This document shows, one piece after another, positions 43,896 through 54,475 of a stretch of DNA of 64,000 nucleotides; position 1 is the stretch's first letter; each line of letters begins with the position of its first letter. The notes beneath the pieces were generated by a model, which worked only from the letters and a program-made list of their open reading frames with translations, had not been told where the DNA came from and did no database searches. Both the position numbers and the translations under genes were made by a program. Source of the stretch: Sphingomonas paucimobilis (GTDB taxonomy: Bacteria > Pseudomonadota > Alphaproteobacteria > Sphingomonadales > Sphingomonadaceae); NCBI GenBank assembly GCA_943370355.1, contig CALRQP020000008.1:53222-117221 (forward strand), read 5' to 3'.

Positions 43896-44639
43896 CTAGG
43901 CTTGCCCGCGCCGCTCCTTCGCCCGGCGCGACCAGATGTTCAAAATCTCGACGAGCGCCGAGAAGGCCATCGCCGTGTAGATATAGCCCTTGGGCACATG
44001 CACGCCGAAACCATCGGCGATCAGCGTCATGCCGATCATGAGCAGGAAGCCGAGCGCCAGCATCACAACGGTCGGGTTCTTTGCGATGAAGGCCGACAGC
44101 GGACCCGCCGCGAACAACATGCCCGCGACCGCGACGAGGACCGCGATGAACATCACCGGTACATGGTCGGTCATGCCGACGGCGGTGATGATCGAGTCGA
44201 TCGAGAAGACGATGTCGAGCATGATGATCTGGCTGATCGCTGCCGCGAAGCCGATCTTCACGACCGCATCGGCCGCCGCATGCTCCTTCTCCTTCGGATC
44301 GACGCTCTCATGGATTTCCTTGGTCGCCTTCCAGACGAGGAACAGACCACCGGCGATCAGGATCAGGTCGCGCCAAGAGAAGCCGTGGTTGAACGCCGTG
44401 AACAATGGCTCGGTCAGCTGGACGATCCACGCGACGGAGCCGAGCAGTGCCAGCCTGAGCCCGAGCGCCAGACCGATGCCGATCCGCCGCGCCTTCGGCC
44501 GCATCTCCTCGGGCAGCTTGTTGGTCAGGATCGAGATGAAGATCAGATTGTCGATGCCGAGCACAAGCTCCATGGCAATCAACGTGATGAGGGCAGCCCA
44601 GGTGGCCGGCTCGGCGAACAGCGCGATCAGGTCGGTCAT
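43896..44639 (-). CDS. TerC family membrane protein
   Basis: 247 aa, polytopic, with the typical [14 protein letters not shown] and [11 protein letters not shown] repeats. Confidence 0.9.
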   Translation of the reverse strand: MTDLIALFAEPATWAALITLIAMELVLGIDNLIFISILTNKLPEEMRPKARRIGIGLALGLRLALLGSVAWIVQLTEPLFTAFNHGFSWRDLILIAGGLFLVWKATKEIHESVDPKEKEHAAADAVVKIGFAAAISQIIMLDIVFSIDSIITAVGMTDHVPVMFIAVLVAVAGMLFAAGPLSAFIAKNPTVVMLALGFLLMIGMTLIADGFGVHVPKGYIYTAMAFSALVEILNIWSRRAKERRGQA

Positions 44640-44681
44640 GGGAGGGCCATTTGGTTACGGCCCGGCAACATCGCAAGGCCC

Positions 44682-45569
44682 CTAACCGGGAAAAATCGGC
44701 GTGGCGCATCCTTTTGCGCCGTGGCCCATGAGTTCGAACAGACCGCCCGCCTGCGGCTGGGCTGAGAGCGCATCAGCGTTCAGGCCGACGGTGGCCGAGG
44801 TAACGAACAGCCGATCGAGTAACGGCCCCCCGAAGGCAACGCTGGTCGGCCGTTCGACGGAAAGCGCGCGTTCAGTGAGGATTTCGCCCGTTGCCGAAAT
44901 CCGGCGCACCGCCCAGCCATCCCAGAAGGCGACCCAGAGGCAGCCTTCGGCATCGACGGTCATGCCGTCGGGATAGCCATGTTCGTTGCGGAATGTGGCG
45001 AGCGGTCGCCGCCCGGATACAGAGCCATCCGGTGCGATATCGAAGCGGTAGATGGTCCGCAACGCGGAGTCGCTGTGATACATGATGCGCCCATTAGGGC
45101 TGAAGGCCGGGCCGTTGGTGACGCGGTAGCCGTCGTCGATGCGTTGCCAGCTTCGGTCTGCGCCGAGACGGTAGAGCGCGCCCGAGGCGTCCTGCTCGCG
45201 ATTGTCCATCGTGCCGGCCCAGAAATTCCCTGCGTTATCCAGTTTTCCATCGTTGCTGCGGTTATGCGGACGGTCGGGTTCGAATTCGGTGAAAGGTTCG
45301 TAGCGGCCCGCAACAGGATCGACGGACGCGAAGCCCTTGCTCGTCGCTGCGACGAAGCCGCCGGCGGCGCGCGGCGCGAGTGCGGTGACCTGTAGCGGCG
45401 GAATGAAACTGGTCTTGCTGTCGGTTGCCGGGTCGTAGCGGTGGATGGCGGGTGCCTTGATGTCGACCCACCAGAGGCAGCCGTCGCGTTTATCCCAGAC
45501 CGGTCCCTCGCCAAGAATGGCCTTCGCATCCCAGAGGCAGATGGCATCGCCGGTGGCGGACTGAACCAT
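44682..45569 (-). CDS. SMP-30/gluconolactonase/LRE-family lactonase
   Basis: ORF 44682..45590, ATG at 45569. GEGPVWD, WWVDI and PDGMTVDAEG beta-propeller motifs. Confidence 0.85.
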   Translation of the reverse strand: MVQSATGDAICLWDAKAILGEGPVWDKRDGCLWWVDIKAPAIHRYDPATDSKTSFIPPLQVTALAPRAAGGFVAATSKGFASVDPVAGRYEPFTEFEPDRPHNRSNDGKLDNAGNFWAGTMDNREQDASGALYRLGADRSWQRIDDGYRVTNGPAFSPNGRIMYHSDSALRTIYRFDIAPDGSVSGRRPLATFRNEHGYPDGMTVDAEGCLWVAFWDGWAVRRISATGEILTERALSVERPTSVAFGGPLLDRLFVTSATVGLNADALSAQPQAGGLFELMGHGAKGCATPIFPG

Positions 45570-45612
45570 ATTCTTTCGCACCCGTTTCAATCGGTGGGGC
45601 GAACCCCTGCTT

Positions 45613-45649
45613 CGGTTAACCGTTGCACACGCGGTGCTGTTCCCGGGAA
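45613..45649. promoter_or_regulatory. two short perfect palindromes in the lactonase/dehydratase divergent promoter
   Basis: CGGTTAACCG (45613..45622) and TTCCCGGGAA (45640..45649). Possible operator sites; no regulator gene lies in the cluster. Confidence 0.25.
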
Positions 45650-45694
45650 CGCCACCGCCGCCAATGCGGTTGAACGCGTCAGGAGATTATTGCG

Positions 45695-47464
45695 ATGACC
45701 GACGGACCCGCAGGCGGTCAGCCCACCGACGGACCGCCGAAACCGGGCGTCTCGACGAAGCTGCGTTCGGCCGAAAGCTATGGCAAGCTCGACAAGGATG
45801 GGTTCATCCACCGCAGCTGGATGAAGTCGCAGGGCTTTCCGAACCATGTGTTCGACGGGCGGCCGGTCATCGGCATCTGCAATACGTTCAGCGAGTTCAA
45901 TCCCTGCCATAGCCATCTCAACGAGATCGCCGAGGCGGTGAAGCGCGGCGTCTGGGAGGCCGGCGGCCTGCCGCTGGAATTTCCGGTGATGTCGCTCGGC
46001 GAGACACAGATCCGGCCGACCGCGATGCTGTTCCGCAATTTGATGTCTATGGACGTCGAGGAGTCGATCCGCGGCTATGCGATGGATGGCGTCGTGCTGC
46101 TCGGCGGCTGCGACAAGAACACACCGGCAATGCTGATGGGCGCTGCGTCGGTCGGCCTGCCGGCGATGGTGGTGTCATCGGGGCCGATGCTCAACGGCAA
46201 ATATCGCGGCAAGGATATCGGCTCGGGCACCGACGTGTGGCGGTTCAGCGAGGAAGTGCGCGCCGGCACGATGACGATGGCCGAGTTCACCGCAGCGGAG
46301 GCCGGGATGAGCCGCAGCCGCGGCACCTGCATGACGATGGGCACCGCTTCGACCATGGCCTGTATCGTTGAGGCGATGGGGCTGAGCCTGCCCTACAATG
46401 GCACGATCCCTGGCATCGACGCGCGGCGGCGCGCGATGGCGCATGTGACGGGCAACCGCATCGTGCAGCTGGTCAAGGACGGCGCAACGCTGGGCGATGT
46501 GATGACACGCGCGAGCTTCGAAAATGGCATCAAGGTCTGCGCGGGCATAGGCGGATCGACCAATGCCGTGCTGCACCTGCTCGCGATGGCGGGGCGGGCC
46601 GGTGTGGCGCTGACGCTCGATGATTGGGACCGGCTGGGACGCGGCGTGCCGACGCTCGTCGATTTGATGCCGTCGGGCCAGTTCCTGATGGAGGATTTCC
46701 ATTATGCGGGCGGCGTCCCCGCGCTGATCGCGGAAATGGCTGATCTGCTCGACATAAGCCATGTCGGGGTGTCGGGGCGGAGCCTTGCCGAGATCGCTGC
46801 CGAGGCGCGCAACGACAATCCGCTGGTCATTCGTCCGCGCGAGCGACCGCTCATGGCGCATGGCGGCATCGCGGTACTGCGCGGCAACCTCGCCCCGCTT
46901 GGTGCGGTGCTCAAACCGTCGGCGGCCAGTCCGGAACTCATGGCGCATCGCGGCAAGGCGGTGGTGTTCGAGAGCATCGAGGACATGAAGGCGCGCATCG
47001 ACGATCCGGCGCTCGACGCCGATGCCACGTCGGTGCTCGTGCTGAAGGGCTGCGGGCCGAAGGGCTATCCGGGCATGCCGGAGGTCGGCAACATGCCGAT
47101 CCCGCGCAAGCTGCTCGAACAGGGCGTGCGCGACATGGTGCGGATCAGCGACGCGCGCATGTCGGGGACCGCCTACGGCACCGTGGTGCTGCATGTCTCG
47201 CCGGAAAGTCATGCCGGCGGTCCGCTCGCACTGGTCCGCGATGGCGATATCATCGCGCTCGATGTGGCGGCGGGGACGCTGACGCTCGAGATTTCCGAAG
47301 CCGAGATGGCGGACCGGCGCGCCGCATGGGTCGCACCGCCACCGGTCGCCGAGCGCGGCTGGGCCAAATTATATGTCGACACGGTGACCGGCGCGCATGA
47401 GGGGGCCGACCTGTCCTTCCTGCGCGGCGCATCGGGATCGCTCGTGACGCGGGAGTCGCATTGA
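45695..47464 (+). CDS. IlvD/Edd-family sugar-acid dehydratase (galactonate/arabinonate type)
   Basis: 589 aa with an AGGAGA RBS. IlvD/Edd blocks (GICNTFSEFNPCHSHL, LLGGCDKNTPAML, CMTMGTASTMAC). Confidence 0.9.
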   Translation: MTDGPAGGQPTDGPPKPGVSTKLRSAESYGKLDKDGFIHRSWMKSQGFPNHVFDGRPVIGICNTFSEFNPCHSHLNEIAEAVKRGVWEAGGLPLEFPVMSLGETQIRPTAMLFRNLMSMDVEESIRGYAMDGVVLLGGCDKNTPAMLMGAASVGLPAMVVSSGPMLNGKYRGKDIGSGTDVWRFSEEVRAGTMTMAEFTAAEAGMSRSRGTCMTMGTASTMACIVEAMGLSLPYNGTIPGIDARRRAMAHVTGNRIVQLVKDGATLGDVMTRASFENGIKVCAGIGGSTNAVLHLLAMAGRAGVALTLDDWDRLGRGVPTLVDLMPSGQFLMEDFHYAGGVPALIAEMADLLDISHVGVSGRSLAEIAAEARNDNPLVIRPRERPLMAHGGIAVLRGNLAPLGAVLKPSAASPELMAHRGKAVVFESIEDMKARIDDPALDADATSVLVLKGCGPKGYPGMPEVGNMPIPRKLLEQGVRDMVRISDARMSGTAYGTVVLHVSPESHAGGPLALVRDGDIIALDVAAGTLTLEISEAEMADRRAAWVAPPPVAERGWAKLYVDTVTGAHEGADLSFLRGASGSLVTRESH

Positions 47465-48345
47465 TGGACGCGCCATTTCTCGCCGTCGACTGGGGAACCA
47501 CCAATCGCCGCGCCTATCTGGTCGGCGCGGATGGCCGGCACGGGGCGGAGCATGAGGACGACCGCGGCGTGATGTCGGTTGGCGCTGGCGGTTTCGAGAG
47601 CGCAGTCAATGAATTGTGCGCGCGCGATGGCGATGTGCCGATGCTGCTGGCGGGGATGGTCGGGTCGAGCCGCGGCTGGGTCGATGCGGGCTATGTGGCC
47701 TGCCCTGCCGATCTCGAGGCGATTGCGAAAGCGCTCAAGTGGATCGAGCCGGGACGCGTCGCCATCGTGCCAGGCCTCTCGCTCAGCGACGCGCCGCATT
47801 TCGACGTGATGCGCGGCGAGGAGGTGCAGATATTGGGCGGCGTCGCGGCCGGGCTGCTCCCGCAGGACGCGTTGGTCTGCCATCCCGGCACGCACACCAA
47901 GTGGATCGAGTTGGAACGCGGCTGCGTGCAGCGGTTCCGCACGGTGATGACGGGCGAGCTGTTCGGGCTGCTCAAGGCGCATTCGATCCTGTCCGACCTG
48001 CTGGCCGGGGACGCACCGGTCGGCGAGGATTTTGCGCGCGGGGTCGATCACGGCGTCGCGCATGACGATTTGACCGCCGAGCTGTTCCAGGTGCGCGCGC
48101 GGGTGCTGCTCGGGGCAGCGGAGAAGTCCGAGGCGGCGAGCTATGTGAGCGGGCTCCTCATCGGCAACGACCTGCGCACCGGCTTCGGCCGGCAGCGGCA
48201 CGACAGCGTGTACGTGGTTGGCAGGCCGGAACTCACCGAACGCTATGCAGCGGCAATCCGGCAGAGCGGCCGTGTCGCCACCGAGGTGGACGGCGAGGCG
48301 GCTTTCGTCGCGGGCATGGTGCGAATCTGGGAGATGGCGTCGTGA
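47464..48345 (+). CDS. dgoK: 2-dehydro-3-deoxygalactonokinase
   Basis: ORF 47461..48345. The N-terminus FLAVDWGTTNRRAY is typical of DgoK. The ATG overlaps the preceding TGA. Confidence 0.85.
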   Translation: MDAPFLAVDWGTTNRRAYLVGADGRHGAEHEDDRGVMSVGAGGFESAVNELCARDGDVPMLLAGMVGSSRGWVDAGYVACPADLEAIAKALKWIEPGRVAIVPGLSLSDAPHFDVMRGEEVQILGGVAAGLLPQDALVCHPGTHTKWIELERGCVQRFRTVMTGELFGLLKAHSILSDLLAGDAPVGEDFARGVDHGVAHDDLTAELFQVRARVLLGAAEKSEAASYVSGLLIGNDLRTGFGRQRHDSVYVVGRPELTERYAAAIRQSGRVATEVDGEAAFVAGMVRIWEMAS

Positions 48346-48980
48346 GCGCAATCGCCGAATTCCGGGAGCATTTGGCGGCCTGCCCGCTGGTTGCGATCAT
48401 CCGTGGGGTGACGCCGGACGAGGCGGAGGCCGTGGGGGCGGCGCTGGTCGGGGCCGGGCTGCGGATCATCGAGGTCCCGCTGAATTCGCCCGATCCGCTC
48501 CGGAGCATCGAGATCCTCGCGCGGACGTTTGGAGATGTGGCGACGGTCGGCGCTGGCACCGTGCTCGATGCTGACAGCGTGGCCGCGGTGCGCGATTCAG
48601 GCGGACGGCTCATTGTCTCGCCGAACAGCGACGCCGCAGTGATCGGTGCCACGGTTGCGGCCGGACTTGTCTCGTCGCCGGGCTATTTCACGCCGTCCGA
48701 GGCCTTCGCGGCAATCCAGGCAGGCGCACAGGTTCTGAAACTGTTTCCAGCCGAGGCCGCCTCACCCGCCGTGCTTAAGGCGCAGCTGGCGGTGTTGCCG
48801 AAATCGGTGCCGGTGCTGGCAGTCGGCGGGATCCGGTCCGACGGGATGCGGCCATGGCTCGATGCAGGCGCGAGCGGGTTCGGGCTGGGTTCGGGACTCT
48901 ACAGCCCGGGAATGACGGCCGTTCAGATCAGCGACAGGGCGCGGGCCTATGTCGTGGGCCTGAAGGACAGTGCGGAGTAG
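48342..48980 (+). CDS. dgoA: 2-dehydro-3-deoxy-6-phosphogalactonate aldolase
   Basis: 212 aa of the KDPG/KDPGal aldolase family (LVAIIRGVTPDEA, IEVPLNSP, LKLFPA). The GTG start overlaps the dgoK stop. Confidence 0.85.
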   Translation: MSAIAEFREHLAACPLVAIIRGVTPDEAEAVGAALVGAGLRIIEVPLNSPDPLRSIEILARTFGDVATVGAGTVLDADSVAAVRDSGGRLIVSPNSDAAVIGATVAAGLVSSPGYFTPSEAFAAIQAGAQVLKLFPAEAASPAVLKAQLAVLPKSVPVLAVGGIRSDGMRPWLDAGASGFGLGSGLYSPGMTAVQISDRARAYVVGLKDSAE

Positions 48981-48985
48981 CGTTT

Positions 48986-51757
48986 ATGGCCACGATCCTT
49001 GCCCAGGTCCCGGACAATCTGCGGCGGCAGCCGACGCGCGAGAGGGTCAGCCTCGACGGCGTCTGGGACTTCCGGCTGGAGCGCGAGGAGAACTGGCGGG
49101 CGATCCAGGTTCCGGGCGTCTGGCAGGCCCAATTCGACGATTTGCGCGAGACGCAGGGCGTCACCTGGTACCGGCGCAACTTCACGCTGCCGCGCAGCTT
49201 CCGCGACCGGCACATCGTCATCGGCTTCGGCGCGATCAATTATCTCGCCGAGGTTTATGTCAACGGCCGGCTGATCCGCAGCCATGAGGGCGGCTATCTT
49301 GCGTTCGAGGCGGTGCTGGCCCCCGAACTGCTCTGGGAGGACAATCTCCTCGAAGTGAAGGTGACGCTGCCATCGAACGACCGGGCGGAGTTTCCCGATC
49401 ACCCCTTCCAGGAAATTCCGCACGGCAAGCAGAGCTGGTACGGCCCGATGGGCGGTATCTGGCAGTCGGTGTGGCTGGAGGCGCGCAACGCCGAACATTT
49501 CAAGGCGGTGCAGCTGCGCGCCGACCTTACGACGGGCGAGATCCTGGCCGAGATCAGCGTGTCAGCGGCGGCAGCGGAGCGCGCGCTACGCTGTACGGTG
49601 TTCGGTCCCGACGGCCGCGAGGTTGCGCAGCGGCGCTATCAGCGCGCAGGCGAGGTATCAGGTCATGCCAAGCTGAAAGTCGATAAGCCGCTCGCCTGGT
49701 CGCCCGACCATCCGAACCTCTACCGGCTCGTCATCGAACTCGGGCGCGGCGGCGACCTGCTCGATACGATGAGCCTGAACTTTGGCTTCCGCACGATCGA
49801 GACAAAGGATGGCAGATTCCTGCTCAATGGCCAGCCGCTCTACATGCGTTGCGCGCTCGATCAGGACTATTATCCGGAAGGCCTCTACACGCTGCCCAAC
49901 CTCGAATATCTCGAGGACCAGATGAAGAAGGCCAAACAGCTCGGTCTGAACACCATCCGTTGCCACATCAAAGTGCCTGACCCCGTCTATTATGATGTCT
50001 GCGACCGGCTGGGCCTGCTGGTCTGGACCGAATTCCCCAATTTCGAGCGGTTCAGCGACAAGGCAGCCGAGCGGGCGCGGCATACCGCCGAAGGTATCAT
50101 TGCCCGCGACGGCCACCATCCCTCGATCATCGCCTGGACGATAATCAACGAGGACTGGGGCACGCGGCTCACCGAAAACCCCGAGCACCGGCAATGGCTT
50201 GCCGAACAATATGACTGGCTGAAAGTCTATGACCCGACGCGACTCGCAGTCGACAATTCAGCCTGTTTTCCGAACTTTCATGTCAAGACGGACATCGAGG
50301 ACTATCATTATTACCGCGGCATCCCCGACCGGCGCGAGGAATGGGACGCCCTGACCGCGAGCTTCGCGAAGCGTGAGGGCTGGACCTTCAGTCCGCACGG
50401 CGACAGCCAGGCGCGCGGCGACGAGCCGCTGGTCTGCTCGGAGTTCGGCATCTGGGGCTTGCCGCATCCGAAGGATCTGCGGCGCGGCGGCACGATGGAT
50501 CCGTGGTGGTTCGAGACGGGCCAGCAATGGGGCGACGGCGTCGCCTACCCCAAGGGAATCGAGCAGCGCTATCGCAGCTTCTTCCTCGACCGCGCCTTCG
50601 GCAGCTTCGACGCGTTCATCGATGCGACGCAATGGTATCAGTGGATGGGTCTCAAATATGAGATCGAGAAGCTCCGCGAACATGCCTCGATCCAGGGCTA
50701 TGTGATCACCGAGCTGACCGACATTTATTGGGAGTCGAACGGGCTCATGGACATGGAGCGCAACCTGCGCGCCTTCCACGAGCCGTTTGCGCAGTTGAAC
50801 GCCGATCTCGTCGTGCTGCCCGCCTTCGCCAAATGGGGCTATTGGGCAGGCGAGCGTCTCGATTTCACGCCGCGCATCGCAACCGGCGGTGCGACGCTGC
50901 CGCCGGGTGCGCGCCTCGACTGGCGGGTCGAGCCGTTCGGCCTGTCGGGGAGCGTCGAAGTCGCCGCCGCGCCGCCCGGTGCGGTCATCCCGATCGACGG
51001 CATCGAGATCGAACTACCGCAGGACCGCCCGCCGGTTGCGGCGATGCTCCACCTGACACTGTCAGATCACCGCAGCAATGTGCTCGCGCGCAACAGCGAA
51101 GCCTTTTCGGTCTACCCGCGCATGGCCAGCGTGACCGGTGTATCGGCACAGCTCTGGTCCGACGACCAGCGCATCCTCGAACGGCTGCGCGCACTCGGCT
51201 ACCGCATCGCCGAGGACGCCGACCATGCCGATCTGCTGGTGGTGCGCATCATGGACACCGACTCGGTCGAGGCGGTGCGGCGCGGCAAGCGGGCGCTCGT
51301 CATCTATGAGGAAGGCGAATCGCGCTGGCTGCGCTCCGACCATCCGGCGTCGATCCTGCCCGTGCAATTCTATATGCACGAGGCCTTTCCGGGGCTGTTC
51401 GCCGAGAACCGCGAACATTCGATCACGCGCAGCGACTGGATTACCGCGTTCAGCTGGCTGCGCCGCTCCGGCGCATTCGCCGACCTGCCGGGCGGCCCGA
51501 TATTCGACATGAGTTTCGAGAAAGTCGCGCCGCGCCATACGCTCAACGGCATGAAGCCGTGGGAGTATGAAGCGCATGTCCATGCCGGCTGCACGGTCGG
51601 CTGGGCGCACAAAACCAGCGCCTTCATCGCCGAACGCTGGTTCGGTCGCGGCAAGGCGGTACTCACGACCTTTCGCCTGACCCAGAGCCCGACGGGCAGC
51701 GACCCGGTTGCGACGGTATTGCTCGACCGGCTGGTACGGCAGTCCCTCGCCGGCTGA
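48986..51757 (+). CDS. glycoside hydrolase family 2 protein (beta-galactosidase-like)
   Basis: 923 aa from ATG 48986 within ORF 48854..51757. GH2 sugar-binding and TIM-barrel blocks (VYVNGRLIRSHEGGYLAFE, IRCHIKVPDP, AWTIINEDWG). Confidence 0.85.
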   Translation: MATILAQVPDNLRRQPTRERVSLDGVWDFRLEREENWRAIQVPGVWQAQFDDLRETQGVTWYRRNFTLPRSFRDRHIVIGFGAINYLAEVYVNGRLIRSHEGGYLAFEAVLAPELLWEDNLLEVKVTLPSNDRAEFPDHPFQEIPHGKQSWYGPMGGIWQSVWLEARNAEHFKAVQLRADLTTGEILAEISVSAAAAERALRCTVFGPDGREVAQRRYQRAGEVSGHAKLKVDKPLAWSPDHPNLYRLVIELGRGGDLLDTMSLNFGFRTIETKDGRFLLNGQPLYMRCALDQDYYPEGLYTLPNLEYLEDQMKKAKQLGLNTIRCHIKVPDPVYYDVCDRLGLLVWTEFPNFERFSDKAAERARHTAEGIIARDGHHPSIIAWTIINEDWGTRLTENPEHRQWLAEQYDWLKVYDPTRLAVDNSACFPNFHVKTDIEDYHYYRGIPDRREEWDALTASFAKREGWTFSPHGDSQARGDEPLVCSEFGIWGLPHPKDLRRGGTMDPWWFETGQQWGDGVAYPKGIEQRYRSFFLDRAFGSFDAFIDATQWYQWMGLKYEIEKLREHASIQGYVITELTDIYWESNGLMDMERNLRAFHEPFAQLNADLVVLPAFAKWGYWAGERLDFTPRIATGGATLPPGARLDWRVEPFGLSGSVEVAAAPPGAVIPIDGIEIELPQDRPPVAAMLHLTLSDHRSNVLARNSEAFSVYPRMASVTGVSAQLWSDDQRILERLRALGYRIAEDADHADLLVVRIMDTDSVEAVRRGKRALVIYEEGESRWLRSDHPASILPVQFYMHEAFPGLFAENREHSITRSDWITAFSWLRRSGAFADLPGGPIFDMSFEKVAPRHTLNGMKPWEYEAHVHAGCTVGWAHKTSAFIAERWFGRGKAVLTTFRLTQSPTGSDPVATVLLDRLVRQSLAG

Positions 51758-51821
51758 GCGCGGGCATCAGCGTTTCGTTAACCTTCCATCTTCCATAGTC
51801 GCGCCTTGGAGAGGGAGCGCC

Positions 51822-53516
51822 GTGACTGGGGAAGAGCATAGTTTCCGAGACCGGGCGGTCGCTTTTGCCGCCGGTGCCGCGGCGGTTGTCCTGATTCTGG
51901 CGCTGCTGGCGACGGGCGTTGGCGAGAAGCTGCAGGCCGGCGATCCCATGCTGCGTGCGCTGGCGATCCAGTGCATCCTGCTGTCGGTGATCGCTGCGGG
52001 CGTGACCGCACTCGCGACGCTGCGCGCGGTGGAGCCAATCGCAGGAGCACTCGACCGGATCATCCTGACCCTCCGTGCGGCTGCCGACGGCAACCTCTCG
52101 GCGAGCTTTCCTGATGGTGCCCGTGGTGTGCTGCCCACGCTGGTCATCTCACTTGAGACGCTGTTGCAGCGCTTCCGGGTCAGCCTCGACCGGTCGGAGC
52201 AGCTCGCGCTGACCGATGCGCTGACCGGCCTGCCCAACCGCATGCACTTTGAACGCATCGTCGAGACGACCCTGACGTCGGTTCGGCTCGATGACCGCGC
52301 CTGCGCCCTGCTCTTTGTCGATCTCGACCGGTTCAAGGCGATCAACGACAGCCTTGGCCATGCGCGGGGCGACCTGCTCGTGCAGATGGTCGCGTCGCGG
52401 TTGCGGCAGGTCGATGCAGGTGCTGACAAGCCGGTAATCGCCCGGCTGTCCGGCGACGAATTTGCCGTGTTGCTGACCGCGCCCGCGGCCGAGGATATCG
52501 ACCGCTCGGCGCGGCGGGTCCTGCAAATTTTCGAACAGCCCTTCCACTTCGACGGACAGACCGTGAAGGTCGGCGCGTCGATCGGCTTGGCCAATTTCCC
52601 GCTCGATGGCAGCGATCTGGAAACGCTGCTGCGCAACGCCGATGCGGCGATGTACCATGCCAAAGACCAAGGCCGCAGCCGCATCGCGACCTATGCTGCC
52701 TCGATGGGCGAGCGGTCGCGCGACCGGGCGCAGCTGGAGGAACAGATCCGCGAGGCGCTGCGGCTGAACCAGTTCGAACTCCACTATCAGGCGCAGGTCG
52801 CCCCATCCGCCGATGGTTGCATCGGCGTCGAGGCCCTGATCCGCTGGCGGCACCCGACGCTCGGCATGCGGCCGCCGGGGCTGTTCATCCCCTTTGCTGA
52901 AGAGACCGGCCTAATCCTCGATATCGGCCGCTGGGTGGCCGAGGAAGCGACGCGCACCGTCGCACGCTGGCACAAACGCGGGCTCAACGTGCGGATGAGC
53001 TTCAACGTGTCGCCGGTGCAGCTCGCGCGGCCCGACTTCGTCGGCCATCTGCGGCACTGCCTCGTCGCGAGCGGGGCTCCGCCCGAACTGGTCGAGGTGG
53101 AGATCACCGAGTCGCTGGTCATGTCGAACGACGATACCGCGATGGAGCGGCTGACCGCGCTGCGCCAGCTGGGCCTGTCGGTCGCCATCGACGATTTCGG
53201 CACGGGCTATTCGAACCTCGCCCGCCTGAAGCAATTGCCGATTGACCGGCTCAAGATCGACCGATCGCTCGTCGAGGATATCGTAACCTCGCAGGACACG
53301 CGTACGATCGTGACGGCGATCATCGGGCTGGCTCACGGCCTCGGCTACGAGACCGTCGCCGAAGGGATCGAGACGAGCGATCAGCATGAAATGCTCGGTG
53401 TGCTCGGCTGCGACCTGCTGCAGGGCTTCGGGATTGCGCGACCCGTCGAGGAGGCCCGCTTCCTCGCCTGGGAGGCCGAGAGGCGGACGCCGGTGCGGCT
53501 CGCCGCGACGGCTTAA
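51822..53516 (+). CDS. membrane HAMP-GGDEF-EAL signalling protein
   Basis: ORF 51708..53516. GTG 51822 follows GGAGAGGGAG. GGDEF domain with an SGDEF variant (RLSGDEFAVLL), and an EAL domain (EALIRWRHP, DDFGTGYSNL). Confidence 0.9.
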   Translation: MTGEEHSFRDRAVAFAAGAAAVVLILALLATGVGEKLQAGDPMLRALAIQCILLSVIAAGVTALATLRAVEPIAGALDRIILTLRAAADGNLSASFPDGARGVLPTLVISLETLLQRFRVSLDRSEQLALTDALTGLPNRMHFERIVETTLTSVRLDDRACALLFVDLDRFKAINDSLGHARGDLLVQMVASRLRQVDAGADKPVIARLSGDEFAVLLTAPAAEDIDRSARRVLQIFEQPFHFDGQTVKVGASIGLANFPLDGSDLETLLRNADAAMYHAKDQGRSRIATYAASMGERSRDRAQLEEQIREALRLNQFELHYQAQVAPSADGCIGVEALIRWRHPTLGMRPPGLFIPFAEETGLILDIGRWVAEEATRTVARWHKRGLNVRMSFNVSPVQLARPDFVGHLRHCLVASGAPPELVEVEITESLVMSNDDTAMERLTALRQLGLSVAIDDFGTGYSNLARLKQLPIDRLKIDRSLVEDIVTSQDTRTIVTAIIGLAHGLGYETVAEGIETSDQHEMLGVLGCDLLQGFGIARPVEEARFLAWEAERRTPVRLAATA

Positions 53517-54475
53517 CCGCCCAGAATATCGCTTCGGCGGAGCCAGATCCAAAGCCCGGCGCCGATGGCAATGCTCAGGATCGTGATCGCCCAAAATCCC
53601 TGTCCGTGCTCGCCGAACGGGATGCCGCCGACGTTCATGCCGAACAGGCCGGTCAGGAAGGTCAGCGGCAGGAACACCGTTCCCGCGACGGTCAGCACGA
53701 GATTGCGTTCGTTCATCGACTCGGCACGCATGTCGGCGAGCTGTTCGGTCAGCACAGCCGAGCGTTCGCGGATCGAATCCAGTTCTTCGACGAGCCGGGT
53801 CACCCGGTTGACCGCCTCGCCGATCTCGATACGGTCATCATCGTGCAGCCAGGCGAAATTGGGGACGACGAGTCCGGTCAGCGCGTCCCTCTGCGGGCTG
53901 ATGTAACGGCGCAGGCCGATCGCGGTGCGGCGAATGCGGCCGATGCGTTCGCGCAGATTCTTGGTCTGGCCTTCGATGACATCTTCTTCCAGCTGGTCGA
54001 CGGTATCGGTCAGCGTGTTGATCGGCGTTTCGAGGCGGATCGTCAGCACTTCGGACAGCCGGACGATCATGTCGCCCGGGTCCTTGACGCGTCCCGCCTC
54101 AACGGCAGCGATGAGGTCGTCGAGCGCGAGCAGCTGGCGGTAGCTGACACTGAGCACCCTGCCCGCCTCGGCCCACAGCCGGATCGAGACCAGATCTTCC
54201 GGATCGGCCTCGGGGTTCATGTTGACGCCGCGCAGGTTGACGAGAACGCCTCCGTCGAGCGGCGTCGCGCGCGGGCGTGTCTCTATCGCCGACAGCGCGG
54301 CGATGGCAGCCGCCGGGACGCCCGACTGATCGCGCAGCCACGCCATGCATTCATCGTCATTGCCGTCGATATGCAGCCAGATCAGCGCGCAGCCAGACCG
54401 ATGGGCCTCGGCTTCGGCGAGGTCGAAACAGCGGGCCGAACCGTCGGCCTGGATGATATAGGCGAAGCTTCTCAT
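53513..54475 (-). CDS. CorA/ZntB-family divalent metal transporter
   Basis: ORF 53513..54535, ATG at 54475. C-terminal two TM helices with the GMNVGG signature. Confidence 0.85.
   Translation of the reverse strand: MRSFAYIIQADGSARCFDLAEAEAHRSGCALIWLHIDGNDDECMAWLRDQSGVPAAAIAALSAIETRPRATPLDGGVLVNLRGVNMNPEADPEDLVSIRLWAEAGRVLSVSYRQLLALDDLIAAVEAGRVKDPGDMIVRLSEVLTIRLETPINTLTDTVDQLEEDVIEGQTKNLRERIGRIRRTAIGLRRYISPQRDALTGLVVPNFAWLHDDDRIEIGEAVNRVTRLVEELDSIRERSAVLTEQLADMRAESMNERNLVLTVAGTVFLPLTFLTGLFGMNVGGIPFGEHGQGFWAITILSIAIGAGLWIWLRRSDILGG

Noticed and set aside
45645-45675. EcfG/ECF-like motif GGAAC-N16-CGGTT upstream of the dehydratase gene.
   Set aside because: The -10 is CGGTT rather than CGTT, and there is no supporting context (no stress gene). 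It is too weak to call.
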